64,000 nucleotides of DNA from Chitinophagales bacterium (GCA_965215685.1 OZ244113.1:2429652-2493651); one strand, 5' to 3'; shown: positions 48,003 through 57,696, counted from the first letter of the stretch. Notes: generated by a model from the letters alone, not told the origin. Translations and numbers: made by a program.

Positions 48003-49865
48003 ATGTCAGGTTACGTAGTAAGTGCAAGAAAATACAGGCCCATTCGCTTTGATGAGATTGTGGGTCAATCGCACATAAGCAAGACTTTAAAAAATGCCAT
48101 AAAATCTGATCATCTCGGACATTCGTTTCTTTTTTGCGGACCACGAGGCGTTGGAAAAACTACAATGGCACGCATTTTAGCCAAAACACTTAACTGCCAA
48201 AACCAGACAAAAGATTTTGAACCCTGCAATGAATGCGATTCCTGTAAATCGTTTAATTCCGGAACGTCTTTTAATATCCACGAATTGGATGCGGCCTCCA
48301 ATAACTCGGTTGACGATATAAGGGCACTTACCGACCAGGTTCGGTTTGCACCGCAGGAAGGAGGCTACAAAGTATATATAATAGATGAGGTACACATGCT
48401 TTCGCAGGCTGCCTTCAATGCCTTTTTAAAAACCCTGGAAGAGCCTCCGTCTTTCGTCAAATTTATTTTGGCCACCACGGAGAAACAAAAGATCATTCCC
48501 ACCATATTGTCAAGGTGTCAAATCTTCGATTTTAAAAGAGTTCAGGTAGTCGATATTGTTGCGCATTTGCAGATGATATGCAAAGATGAAGGAATAAAGG
48601 CCGAGGATAGTGCGCTTCACATAATAGCCCAGAAGGCCGATGGTGCCTTGCGTGATGCCCTTTCCATTTTTGACCGGCTGGTATCTTTTTCCGACAGAGA
48701 TATTACCTACCAAAGTGTAACCGAAGCCTTAAATGTATTAGACTACGATACCTTCTTTGAACTTACCGAGAAGATCATCCTGGGCGACAGAGATTCAGTG
48801 TTAATACTGTTTGACAAAACTTTAAAGCGCGGTTTTGAAGCCGATAATATCATTCTTGGATTGGCTGAGCATTACCGTGATCTGCTGGTGTGTAAAAATG
48901 AATCAACCAGGGTGTTGTTTAATGCTCCCGATGATGTGAAAAAGCGATTTGCCAGGCAAGCAGCTGTTGCAGACAGCAGCTTTCTTCTAAATGCTATTAA
49001 TTTGGCAAATGCCTGCGATCTGTCATATCGTGAAGCCCGAAACAAACGATTACATGCCGAATTAGCCTTATTGAAAATGACTTCATTGCAATCCTTAAAA
49101 TTCGGTGTTCCCATTTCCGGGTCTGTAGAATCAGGTAGTGCAGAAGAGAAGCAAGAAATTAAAAAACCCGAACCGGCTTCGGTTGATGAGTCTGACAATG
49201 TGATGGTGGAATCTGTTGTGGAAGAACCTGCTGTAGAGGAAGAAATTTCAGAAGAAACTCAGGAAACCATTCCTGAACCTGAGGCCAGTGCTGAAAAAGT
49301 AAAGTCTGAACCTGAACAGAAGGCTGAGAAAGATCCCGAACCGGAAAAAAAAACCCTACACTCTTCGGATAGTGGGAGAAGCGGCGGTTTTAAATTAGCG
49401 GATCTTAAGGCTCAGGTAAAGAGCCAGCATGCCGAAAAGAGCCGGAAGAGAGAAAATTCTGCAACAAAAAAGGAAGAAGACTACATCACTTCAGAAATTA
49501 TACCTGATGATGTATTGAAAACTGCCTGGAATGAGCTCACCGCGCATTACAATTCATCGGGCAAGGCGGTATTGGCCCATGCCACATCGGTGGCCGAAGT
49601 TGGTTTTTTTAATGAAAAACTGATCATTAAAGTACCCGGAGACAATAACAGGGAGCTGCTTGAAGAGCAATTGCTTTTTATCTCTGATCATTTAAAAAAA
49701 CATGGCGGGGTAAAACGACTTATTATTGAAGTAGTTGCGGAGAAGATGGACCACCAGGTAACCATGCCGCTTACGAAACAAGAGCAAATGGATTGGCTCG
49801 TACAACAGAACCCTGCGGTAAAAACCCTGAAGGACAGGTTTGATCTGGAGATTGATTATGATTAA
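48003..49865 (+). CDS. dnaX: DNA polymerase III subunit gamma/tau
   Basis: 620 aa. Walker A GPRGVGKTT, zinc module CNECDSC, DEVHML, and SRC motif (LSRCQIF). Acidic/Lys-rich linker followed by a tau-specific C-terminus. Confidence 0.95.
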   Translation: MSGYVVSARKYRPIRFDEIVGQSHISKTLKNAIKSDHLGHSFLFCGPRGVGKTTMARILAKTLNCQNQTKDFEPCNECDSCKSFNSGTSFNIHELDAASNNSVDDIRALTDQVRFAPQEGGYKVYIIDEVHMLSQAAFNAFLKTLEEPPSFVKFILATTEKQKIIPTILSRCQIFDFKRVQVVDIVAHLQMICKDEGIKAEDSALHIIAQKADGALRDALSIFDRLVSFSDRDITYQSVTEALNVLDYDTFFELTEKIILGDRDSVLILFDKTLKRGFEADNIILGLAEHYRDLLVCKNESTRVLFNAPDDVKKRFARQAAVADSSFLLNAINLANACDLSYREARNKRLHAELALLKMTSLQSLKFGVPISGSVESGSAEEKQEIKKPEPASVDESDNVMVESVVEEPAVEEEISEETQETIPEPEASAEKVKSEPEQKAEKDPEPEKKTLHSSDSGRSGGFKLADLKAQVKSQHAEKSRKRENSATKKEEDYITSEIIPDDVLKTAWNELTAHYNSSGKAVLAHATSVAEVGFFNEKLIIKVPGDNNRELLEEQLLFISDHLKKHGGVKRLIIEVVAEKMDHQVTMPLTKQEQMDWLVQQNPAVKTLKDRFDLEIDYD

Positions 49866-49890
49866 GTTAATCAGTTCTACTTATCCTTTT

Positions 49891-50646
49891 GGTGAAGCCT
49901 GGCTCAGGGTGACGTTGCGTCAACATTGCTAATCGTATCGGAATCTTCGTCATGGTGGGCTTGCCGAACCATGAGTCTTGTTAACGGTATTGATCTCTTC
50001 GTCATGGTGAGCTTGACGAACCATGAGACCTACACTATAGAACAATGCAACACAAGTATCACCCTTCGTCAAGCTCAGGGTGACGTTGCGTCAACATTGC
50101 TAATCGTATCGACATGGTCGTCATGGTGAGCTTGACGAACCATGAGTCCTGTTAACTGTATTGATCTCTTCGTCATGGTGAGCCCGCCTGATTGACTTAG
50201 TCGGGCAGGCTTGACGAACCATGAGACCTACACTATAGAACAATGCAACACAAGTATCACCCTTCGTCAAGCTCAGGGTGACGTTGCGTCAACATTGCTA
50301 ATCGTATCGGAATCTTCGTCATGGTGGGCTTGCCGAACCATGAGTCTTGTTAACGGTATTGATCTCTTCGTCATGGTGAGCTTGACGAACCATGAGACCT
50401 ACACTATAGAACAATGCAACACAAGTATCACCCTTCACTTCGGCTTCGCTCAGTGCAGGCTGGCTCAGGGTGACGTCGTGTCAACATTGCTAATCGTATC
50501 GGAATCTTCGTCATGGTGAGCTTGACGAACCATGAGTCCTGTTAACTGTATTGATCTCTTCGTCATGGTGAGCCCGCCTGATTGACTTAGTCGGGCAGGC
50601 TTGACGAACCATGAAACCTACCCTTCGTCAAGCTCGGGGTGACGTA
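49891..50646 (+). repeat. BIME-like mosaic of palindromic units (about 4 composite units of 169-198 bp)
   Basis: GCTCAGGGTGACGttgCGTCA heads at 49902, 50073, 50271, 50463 and 50632. Hairpin unit TCATGGT-gagcttgacga-ACCATGA occurs twice per composite. Two copies carry a nested 27-nt insertion (50172-50224 and 50562-50614). Confidence 0.85.
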
Positions 50647-50739
50647 TTATTGGCTAAAGCCAAAAAGTTGAAAGAAAAAATCAACATGTTTTTTTGGTAT
50701 CTTTCTTGAGTAGATTAGAGAAAGAAAACGAGAAAATCA

Positions 50740-51822
50740 ATGAAAAAAGCACTTCTAATATTATTTAGTCTTTGTTTGGCATCTCCCTTTCTGGCCCAGG
50801 AAACCGAAGTTGGACCGGTTGAATACATGGAGGCATTGGGTAAAGATCAGCGAAAGATCTCCGAAAACTTTCTTCGATACACCAGTGCTCAGGCACATAG
50901 TAAAAACATGGCCAATATTGAATCAAAGCGACAGAGGTTTATTCAGTCGATACAACGGGCAAAAGATGCAGTACAGGCCGGTTCAAGCTATAATGGTGAC
51001 GATGAATTACGGCAGGCAATGATCACCTATCTCGATTATTCGGAGAAGATGATGAATGATGATTACGGTGCTTTAATCAACATGGAAAAAGTATCTGAGG
51101 AATCTTATTCTTCCATGGAAGCCTATATTTTGGCGAATGAAGCGGCAAACAAAAAACATGAAGATGCCTATAAAAAACTAACTACTGCCAAATATGCCTT
51201 TGCAAACAGATATGAAATTGATTTAGTAAATGCAGAGGATGAACTGAGCCGTAAACTCAAAGAAGTTGAGAATGTAAACAATTATTACCACGCTGTATTT
51301 CTCATTTTTTTCAAAGCCTACCGTTCCGGGAAGGATCTTGACAAAGCTCTACAAGAGAACAATCTGGAAGAAGTTGAAAGGCAAAGGGCAATTGTAAATA
51401 GCACGGCCATTGCCAGTTTGGACCAATTAGATGCTCACCCCGATTACAAAGGTGATAGCAGTTTAAAGGATGGAGCACGCGGACTTATTCAGGCTTTGAT
51501 AGATGAAACTTCTACTTATATTCCTCTCTATGTGGCGTATGAAAACTTCTCAAAACAAGTTGAAGAGGCCGAGGCCAGGGTAAAGTCTAAAACTCCCAAG
51601 ACCAATGCATCAAAAGGAGAAATTGCCAAATATAACAAAGCGGTAGATGCATACAACAGTCTGGTAAAGGAAAGCAAAAGCAAGGTGAATAAACTTAATG
51701 CTGTAAGTAAGAGTAATTACGAGAATAAACTTCGTCAATTAAATATGTGGGAATTATCAATAGACCAGTTTATGCATAAGCATATACCGGTTTATGGTGG
51801 AGAGGAAGAGATGTTTAGTTGA
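50740..51822 (+). CDS. Hypothetical secreted/lipoprotein-like, largely alpha-helical protein
   Basis: 360 aa. Signal peptide MKKALLILFSLCLASPFLAQ. No family recognised. Confidence 0.7.
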   Translation: MKKALLILFSLCLASPFLAQETEVGPVEYMEALGKDQRKISENFLRYTSAQAHSKNMANIESKRQRFIQSIQRAKDAVQAGSSYNGDDELRQAMITYLDYSEKMMNDDYGALINMEKVSEESYSSMEAYILANEAANKKHEDAYKKLTTAKYAFANRYEIDLVNAEDELSRKLKEVENVNNYYHAVFLIFFKAYRSGKDLDKALQENNLEEVERQRAIVNSTAIASLDQLDAHPDYKGDSSLKDGARGLIQALIDETSTYIPLYVAYENFSKQVEEAEARVKSKTPKTNASKGEIAKYNKAVDAYNSLVKESKSKVNKLNAVSKSNYENKLRQLNMWELSIDQFMHKHIPVYGGEEEMFS

Positions 51823-51841
51823 TAACCCGGACCTTCTTCGT

Positions 51842-52342
51842 CTAATCTTTCCTGTCCAAAATTGTAAATGTAAAATCGTAGGCATGTTTCTCATCTGCCG
51901 GATGAAAAGCTTTAAAATTGATTTCCCATTGATGGTCAATAAAATCCGGGAAAAAGGCATCGGCATCTTCAATTTCGGCGTTTACCAGAGTGATATATAA
52001 CTTATCGGCCAGCGGTAAAAACTGTTCATATATCTGTTGACCACCGGCAATAAACACCTCATCTTCTCCGTGTTCTCGTGCCAGGTCAAGGGCTTCCTTA
52101 ATACCGTAAACCACACCAATTCCTTCAGCATTAAATTCCTTATTTCTTGTTATAACAATATTTCTTCGCTTTGACAAAGGTTTATTTCCAATGGCATCAA
52201 AGGTTTTGCGGCCCATAACAATGGTATGCCCCAGGGTTTTGTTTTTGAACCACCTAAGGTCATCAGGTAAGTGCCAGGGCAGTTCGTTGTTTTTGCCAAT
52301 GGCCCTGTTCTTATCATGGGCAACGATGAGAGAAATAGTCAT
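51842..52342 (-). CDS. folA: Dihydrofolate reductase
   Basis: 166 aa, MTISLIVAHDKNRAIGKNNELPWHLPDDLRWFKNKT. Confidence 0.93.
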   Translation of the reverse strand: MTISLIVAHDKNRAIGKNNELPWHLPDDLRWFKNKTLGHTIVMGRKTFDAIGNKPLSKRRNIVITRNKEFNAEGIGVVYGIKEALDLAREHGEDEVFIAGGQQIYEQFLPLADKLYITLVNAEIEDADAFFPDFIDHQWEINFKAFHPADEKHAYDFTFTILDRKD

Positions 52343-52394
52343 GGAGTAAAGTTAATTAAGTTGCCTGAAGATGGCAGTGGATGCCTTGTGCATT

Positions 52395-52844
52395 CTACTC
52401 CAGATAAAGTTTCTCCAACCTTGAAGAAACTCCCTTACAGTAATCATTATGGCATGTAATGCAGCTTTTTACGGCGAGATTGTAACGCCCTTTCGCATCG
52501 CTAAGTTGTACGGCTTTCTGCAAAGAATTTAAAGATGAGACCATATCGTTGGCAAATATGTCAAACTGCTCATCCCTGCGAAATCCTTCCGTCATTTCAA
52601 CTTCCTGAAAATCAGCAAATTCATTCTGTGATGTAAATGCCGGAATTTGACCTTTGCTTAACTCCTTTTTCCAAAGTTCCATGTGTGCTTCAAAGCTGCT
52701 CATTAATGCAGCCATCTCACTCACTTCGCGCATTTCAAATTCCCTGGCCTGCGGTTCGTCAGGCACTTTTTCTTTAGTACAACCGACAAGGCCAAGACCC
52801 AACCCGAAGCCGGAAAGTAATAGAAATGAAAAGATCGTTTTCAT
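52395..52844 (-). CDS. Lipoprotein with a single C-terminal CxxCH haem-c motif (class II cytochrome c-like?)
   Basis: 149 aa. Lipobox LGLVGC and CITCH 17 residues from the C-terminus. The mature part looks helical. Confidence 0.5.
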   Translation of the reverse strand: MKTIFSFLLLSGFGLGLGLVGCTKEKVPDEPQAREFEMREVSEMAALMSSFEAHMELWKKELSKGQIPAFTSQNEFADFQEVEMTEGFRRDEQFDIFANDMVSSLNSLQKAVQLSDAKGRYNLAVKSCITCHNDYCKGVSSRLEKLYLE

Positions 52845-53329
52845 TACCTGAGCATCACAGCATCAGCCACAAAACCGTAACCTACTTCCGGTTCGGTAAT
52901 AGTTTCAATTTCTTCGGCCGTTTTACCGGCATCTTCAGCAAAATGTTTGAGCTGATCAACGGTTGTAACATTTAAAAATGCCTTGCCCTGAACAACGGCT
53001 TCGCTTTCAGCTGCATTCATTGGCACAAAAAATCCGTAATCTTTAAAAGTTACTCTTACCTGCTCATCATCACTGAGTTTGGCCATCATCCAGCAACCTT
53101 TCTTCTGACAGACTTCGTTTACCGTTGTTTTAAATTTTACGTTCACCGTATCCCCTTCTTGCAGGGTTTTGTAATTGGCTAACATAGCGGAGGCATCAAC
53201 GGCATCTTTGGCTGTTATCTCTGCTTCACCAAATTGCGTATATGGTGTATCATTTACCGGGTTTCTTTCTTCTTTTTTGCATGACATAGCCATTAGGACA
53301 AATGCCAGTACAAGTACTATCAATTTCAT
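52844..53329 (-). CDS. DUF4920-like lipoprotein
   Basis: 161 aa. Signal LVLAFVLMAMSC and the CQKKGCWMMA motif I associate with DUF4920. Confidence 0.65.
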   Translation of the reverse strand: MKLIVLVLAFVLMAMSCKKEERNPVNDTPYTQFGEAEITAKDAVDASAMLANYKTLQEGDTVNVKFKTTVNEVCQKKGCWMMAKLSDDEQVRVTFKDYGFFVPMNAAESEAVVQGKAFLNVTTVDQLKHFAEDAGKTAEEIETITEPEVGYGFVADAVMLR

Positions 53330-53425
53330 AGATCTGTTTTATATAAAGATACAAGAGCTTTGCAGAATGGATTAGAAGTGGGCTAATAACTTATTTCGTT
53401 TTTGAACTTCAATGTTCTAGATGCT

Positions 53426-56400
53426 CTATTGAAAATAACGCACCCCATTTTCAAAAAGTGCCTGGTACTTATTGCCCGGAATGTTCTTGTAACAGTTTAA
53501 TCCGTACCGTTCTCCATGGCCCATTTTACCAAATATTTTACCCGTTGGATCGGTAATTCCTTCAATGGCAAAGTAGCTGCCGTTAGGGTTGTGTGGTCTT
53601 TCAAGGGTTGGGTTGCCAGCATGGTTAACATATTGTGTAGCCACCTGCCCATTCTCGAAAAGCTCTTTGGCCAGTTTTTCACTAACGATGAACCTGCCCT
53701 CTCCATGAGAAATAGCAATATCGTGCATTTCTCCAATTTCAAAACCGGCAAGCCAGGGAGAAGTGTTGCTAACCACTTTGGTTTTCACGATCTGGGAAAT
53801 ATGACGACCAATTTCATTATGAGTTAGAGTGGGAGAGTGCTCATCTACTTCACCAATTTTTCCAAATGGTAGTAGTCCGCTTTTTACCAATGCCTGAAAA
53901 CCATTGCAAACTCCAAGGATCAAACCATCACGCTCCAACAATCGATAGATCGAATCCTTTATTCTTTCATTGCGCAATACGGCCGTTATAAACTTCCCGC
54001 TTCCATCCGGCTCATCACCGGCGGAGAAACCCCCTGGAATCATAAATATTTGACTGTTGTCAATGGCTTGTGCTAAAGATGTTATTGATTCCTTAATATG
54101 GTCTTTGGTCAGGTTTCTGAAAACATTGAACTCCACTTTCGCACCTGCCCGTTCAAAGGCCAGTTTGCTCTCGTATTCACAGTTCGTGCCGGGGAATACG
54201 GCTATAGTCACCTTTGGATTGGGATTTCGAATTTGGCCTCCCTTGTGGGCATTCGCCGACATTTCCTCCACAATGTGGGAGGAAGAGTATCCCTCCTTAT
54301 TAAAGTGGGCTCCTTTCCCCCCCTGCCAAGGGTGGGATGTCCGGAGGACAGGGGGGGAAGTCGGAAATATCTCCTCCAAACCTCCCTGCCACACCGTTAG
54401 TGCTTTTTCACCATCTATTTTTTCATCGTCTATAATGAATGAAAACGCTTCGGTTGTAATGCCAATTTTAGCGAGGTTTTCATGTTGTAATTGTTCCCTG
54501 CTTTCAAATACTATGGCACCATAATCCCTTTCAAACCAATTCCATTCTCCCTGAACGGCAAAACCAATCTTATTGCCGAAAGCCATTTGTGAAAGGGTTT
54601 GAGCCAGTCCGCCTGTTTTAATGGATGCTCCGCTCAATATTTTACCTTCTTTCACCCAATTGTAATATTGACTGAAATTTTCTTTCAGAGTTGAATTATC
54701 CGGCATACCATTTTCAAGCGGAACATGCTGTAGAAGATAGATGTAACTACCGGGTTGTTTAAATTCTGCCGAAACCGCTTTTTCAGTATCAATAGTAGTG
54801 ACGGCAAATGAAATTAAGGTTGGCGGTACATGAATGTCATTAAAGGTGCCACTCATGCTATCCTTTCCACCAATAGCTGCAATGTTAAAAGCATCTTGTA
54901 CATATAATGTGCCCAGGAATGCCTGGAACGGCAAGGCCCAATTCTTCGGGTCTCTGCCCAACTTTTTAAAATACTCCTGGAAACTTAAACGAACCTTAGA
55001 AACATCACCACCCATTGCTACTATTTTGGCCAGTGATTCAATTACGGAATAAGCTCCTCCATGAAAAGGTGACCAGCTACTTAATTCGGGATCGAAGCCC
55101 CAGGTCATGGCACTGGCAGTAGTTGTATCGCCCTCTTCAACGGGGATTTTTTGCAGGCTGCCTTCCTGCGGACTTAGCTGGTACTTTCCGCCAAAAGGCA
55201 TAAATACTGTGGTGCCGCCAACTGTGCCATCAAACATTTCATGCAAGCCTTGTTGAGAGCAGTGGTTGAGGTGGGAGAGTTGGGTGAGCCATTTGTTCCT
55301 TGATACTATTGCTTCACTTTCTTGAGCAGGAGTATTAGAAGATTGACCCCCCTCGGCCTTCGGCCACTCCCCCCTTGATAAGGGGGGAGACTCTCCCCCC
55401 CTGTCAAGGGGGGGATGTCCCGATGCTAATCGGGACAGGGGGGGTACTTCAACACTCGCCTCCTGCCGTACCCCATTGCTATCCAAAAACTTCCTGTCAA
55501 GATCAACAATGATTTTTCCCCGCCAATGCATAACCAGTCTATTGGTATCTGTTACCTCGGCAATTGGCGTGCATTCCAGGTTTTCTTCGTCAGCGAGGTC
55601 TTTAAATTTTCTGACATCACCTGCTTCCACAACAACAGCCATTCGTTCCTGGCTTTCACTTAATGCGATCTCTGTTCCATTTAGACCTAAATACTTCAAT
55701 GGAACTTTGTCCAGATTGATCTGCAAGCCATCGGCCAATTCTCCAACAGCCACGCTTACTCCTCCGGCACCAAAGTCATTACATTTTTTAATGAGTTTGA
55801 GTGCTTCGGGGTTTCTGAAAAGCCGTTGGATCTTTCTTTCTTCCGGGGCATTACCTTTTTGCACTTCGGCTCCGGCAGTAGTTAGAGATTCCTCGGTATG
55901 TTCCTTTGATGATCCGGTTGCTCCGCCCACTCCGTCACGGCCTGTTCGTCCGCCAACTAGCAGAACTACATCACCTGCCACCGGACTTTCTCGTCTAACG
56001 TATTCTTCTTTGACTGCACCCACTACCGCACCAACTTCCATGCGTTTGGCTTTGTAACCATTGTGGTAGATCTCTGAGATCTGTGTTCCGGCCACACCAA
56101 TTTGATTGCCGTAGCTGGAGAAACCATGTGCAGCTTCGGTGGTTATTTTTCTCTGGGGAAGTTTTCCCGGTAAGGTGTCTTCCACTGTCTCAAACGGATT
56201 GGCACAGCCCGTTACCCGAACTGCCTGATACACATATGCTCTTCCGCTTAAAGGGTCTCTAATGGCACCACCGAGACAGGTACTGGCTCCACCAAAAGGC
56301 TCTATCTCGGTAGGATGGTTGTGTGTTTCATTTTTAAACATAAGCAGCCAGGGTTCCTGCGTTCCATCTGTTTTTAACACATTTATTCTTACACTGCAGG

Positions 56401-57298
56401 CGTTTATTTCTTCACTGACTTCCAGATCACTTAATAAACCGCGTTGTTTCAGGTCTTTTACGGCAATGGTAGCCATATCCATTAAACATATTGGCTTTTC
56501 ATCTTGTCGCGTTCCATAAACATGTTCTCTTTTGGATAAATAGGCCGAATAAACTTCCTGCATTTGGCTACCCAATTCATTTGCAGGAAATACAACGTCT
56601 TTGATCTCAGTCAGGAATGTAGTATGCCGGCAATGGTCGCTCCAATAAGTGTCCAACAGCTTTAGTTCTGTTTCTGTGGGGTTGCGATCTTCGGAACTAA
56701 AATATTGCTGAATAAATGCGAGGTCATCTAAGTTCATGGCCAAACCGAACTGTGATTTTAGTTGAAGCAGATCTTCCTGTTTGGCCGTTATAAAATCTTC
56801 TATAACCGGAACTTTTTGTGGTTTGGGTGCAGTCTGAGATTGTGGTAATTTTGAAAGATCTTTTTCCCGGCTTTCCACAGGGTTGACCAAATAGGTTTTG
56901 ATCTTTTCTTGTTCATCCTGCCTCAATGGCCCTTCAAAAACATACAGAACAGCACTTGAAATTTTGGTAGAAACAGATTCTGAAGCAATCAATTGCAAAC
57001 ACTGAAGAGCTGAATCTGCCCGTTGATCAAACTGACCGGGTAAAGGCTCAATGGCAAGGTGAAACCTGCCTGCAAGATCGGGATGATCAACCTTTTCATC
57101 AGCTACCGCATCTATTAGAATGGCGGAAGTGAATTCATGGTATAGCTCTGTATTTATACTTATAACATCATATACGGAGTACATACTAATACCGGAAATA
57201 TTATTGATATCCAAATCTTGTTCAAGTCTTAATTTAAGCCTTTGTGACACATATCTGAATTGGGGCTTTTTTCGAATGAATAGGCGATAATCCGGCAT
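53426..57298 (-). CDS. purL: Phosphoribosylformylglycinamidine synthase, single-chain
   Basis: 1290 aa. AIR-synthase-like halves (NETHNHPTEIEPFGGA) and a C-terminal glutaminase domain (GVCNGFQ). Contains two G/C-rich palindromic in-frame segments. Confidence 0.95.
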   Translation of the reverse strand: MPDYRLFIRKKPQFRYVSQRLKLRLEQDLDINNISGISMYSVYDVISINTELYHEFTSAILIDAVADEKVDHPDLAGRFHLAIEPLPGQFDQRADSALQCLQLIASESVSTKISSAVLYVFEGPLRQDEQEKIKTYLVNPVESREKDLSKLPQSQTAPKPQKVPVIEDFITAKQEDLLQLKSQFGLAMNLDDLAFIQQYFSSEDRNPTETELKLLDTYWSDHCRHTTFLTEIKDVVFPANELGSQMQEVYSAYLSKREHVYGTRQDEKPICLMDMATIAVKDLKQRGLLSDLEVSEEINACSVRINVLKTDGTQEPWLLMFKNETHNHPTEIEPFGGASTCLGGAIRDPLSGRAYVYQAVRVTGCANPFETVEDTLPGKLPQRKITTEAAHGFSSYGNQIGVAGTQISEIYHNGYKAKRMEVGAVVGAVKEEYVRRESPVAGDVVLLVGGRTGRDGVGGATGSSKEHTEESLTTAGAEVQKGNAPEERKIQRLFRNPEALKLIKKCNDFGAGGVSVAVGELADGLQINLDKVPLKYLGLNGTEIALSESQERMAVVVEAGDVRKFKDLADEENLECTPIAEVTDTNRLVMHWRGKIIVDLDRKFLDSNGVRQEASVEVPPLSRLASGHPPLDRGGESPPLSRGEWPKAEGGQSSNTPAQESEAIVSRNKWLTQLSHLNHCSQQGLHEMFDGTVGGTTVFMPFGGKYQLSPQEGSLQKIPVEEGDTTTASAMTWGFDPELSSWSPFHGGAYSVIESLAKIVAMGGDVSKVRLSFQEYFKKLGRDPKNWALPFQAFLGTLYVQDAFNIAAIGGKDSMSGTFNDIHVPPTLISFAVTTIDTEKAVSAEFKQPGSYIYLLQHVPLENGMPDNSTLKENFSQYYNWVKEGKILSGASIKTGGLAQTLSQMAFGNKIGFAVQGEWNWFERDYGAIVFESREQLQHENLAKIGITTEAFSFIIDDEKIDGEKALTVWQGGLEEIFPTSPPVLRTSHPWQGGKGAHFNKEGYSSSHIVEEMSANAHKGGQIRNPNPKVTIAVFPGTNCEYESKLAFERAGAKVEFNVFRNLTKDHIKESITSLAQAIDNSQIFMIPGGFSAGDEPDGSGKFITAVLRNERIKDSIYRLLERDGLILGVCNGFQALVKSGLLPFGKIGEVDEHSPTLTHNEIGRHISQIVKTKVVSNTSPWLAGFEIGEMHDIAISHGEGRFIVSEKLAKELFENGQVATQYVNHAGNPTLERPHNPNGSYFAIEGITDPTGKIFGKMGHGERYGLNCYKNIPGNKYQALFENGVRYFQ

Positions 57299-57380
57299 GA
57301 ATTCTATTGAACGGCAAAGTTGTTTTTAATAGACTTTAGAAAGAACTATTCCAGCCTATTATTTTCAACATTAAAAATAA

Positions 57381-57660
57381 TGTCCTTCGGCATGCTCAGC
57401 GCGATGCACTTTGGTGAGCCCCCCGACTGAACGAAGCAAGCGACTAAGAAAGATAAACTAACCCTTACATGCCCTTATGTGCCTTATGTGGTTTCAAAAA
57501 CAATGCAAAACTAACCATATAAGTTCATATAAGGTTATTCATATAAGAGCATATAAGCGGTGTTCAACTCTTCGGCAGGCTCTGAGCTCTACGCTTCCCG
57601 ATTATACGAAGCAAGCGATTGAGAAAGATATACCAACCCTTACATGCCCTTATGTGCCTT
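57381..57660 (+). repeat. CTTATGTG-type elements (C): one partial plus one ~148-bp copy in tandem
   Basis: ...CATGCCCTTATGTGcCTTATGTGGTT (ends 57492), then AACCATATAAGttCATATAAGgttattCATATAAGagCATATAAG ... CATGCCCTTATGTGCCTT (57513-57660, right tip degenerate). Confidence 0.7.
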
Positions 57661-57696
57661 TAAAATAATTTTACCAAATAAGGTTATCCTAAATGA

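Noticed and set aside
49891-50646. Possible CRISPR array, or the protein-coding ORFs 49926..50129 and 50211..50519
   Set aside because: The modules are mosaic palindromic units with no unique spacers. The ORFs merely translate the repeats (LRQAQGDV, VSLTNHE), overlap each other's repeat copies, and lack starts with plausible context.
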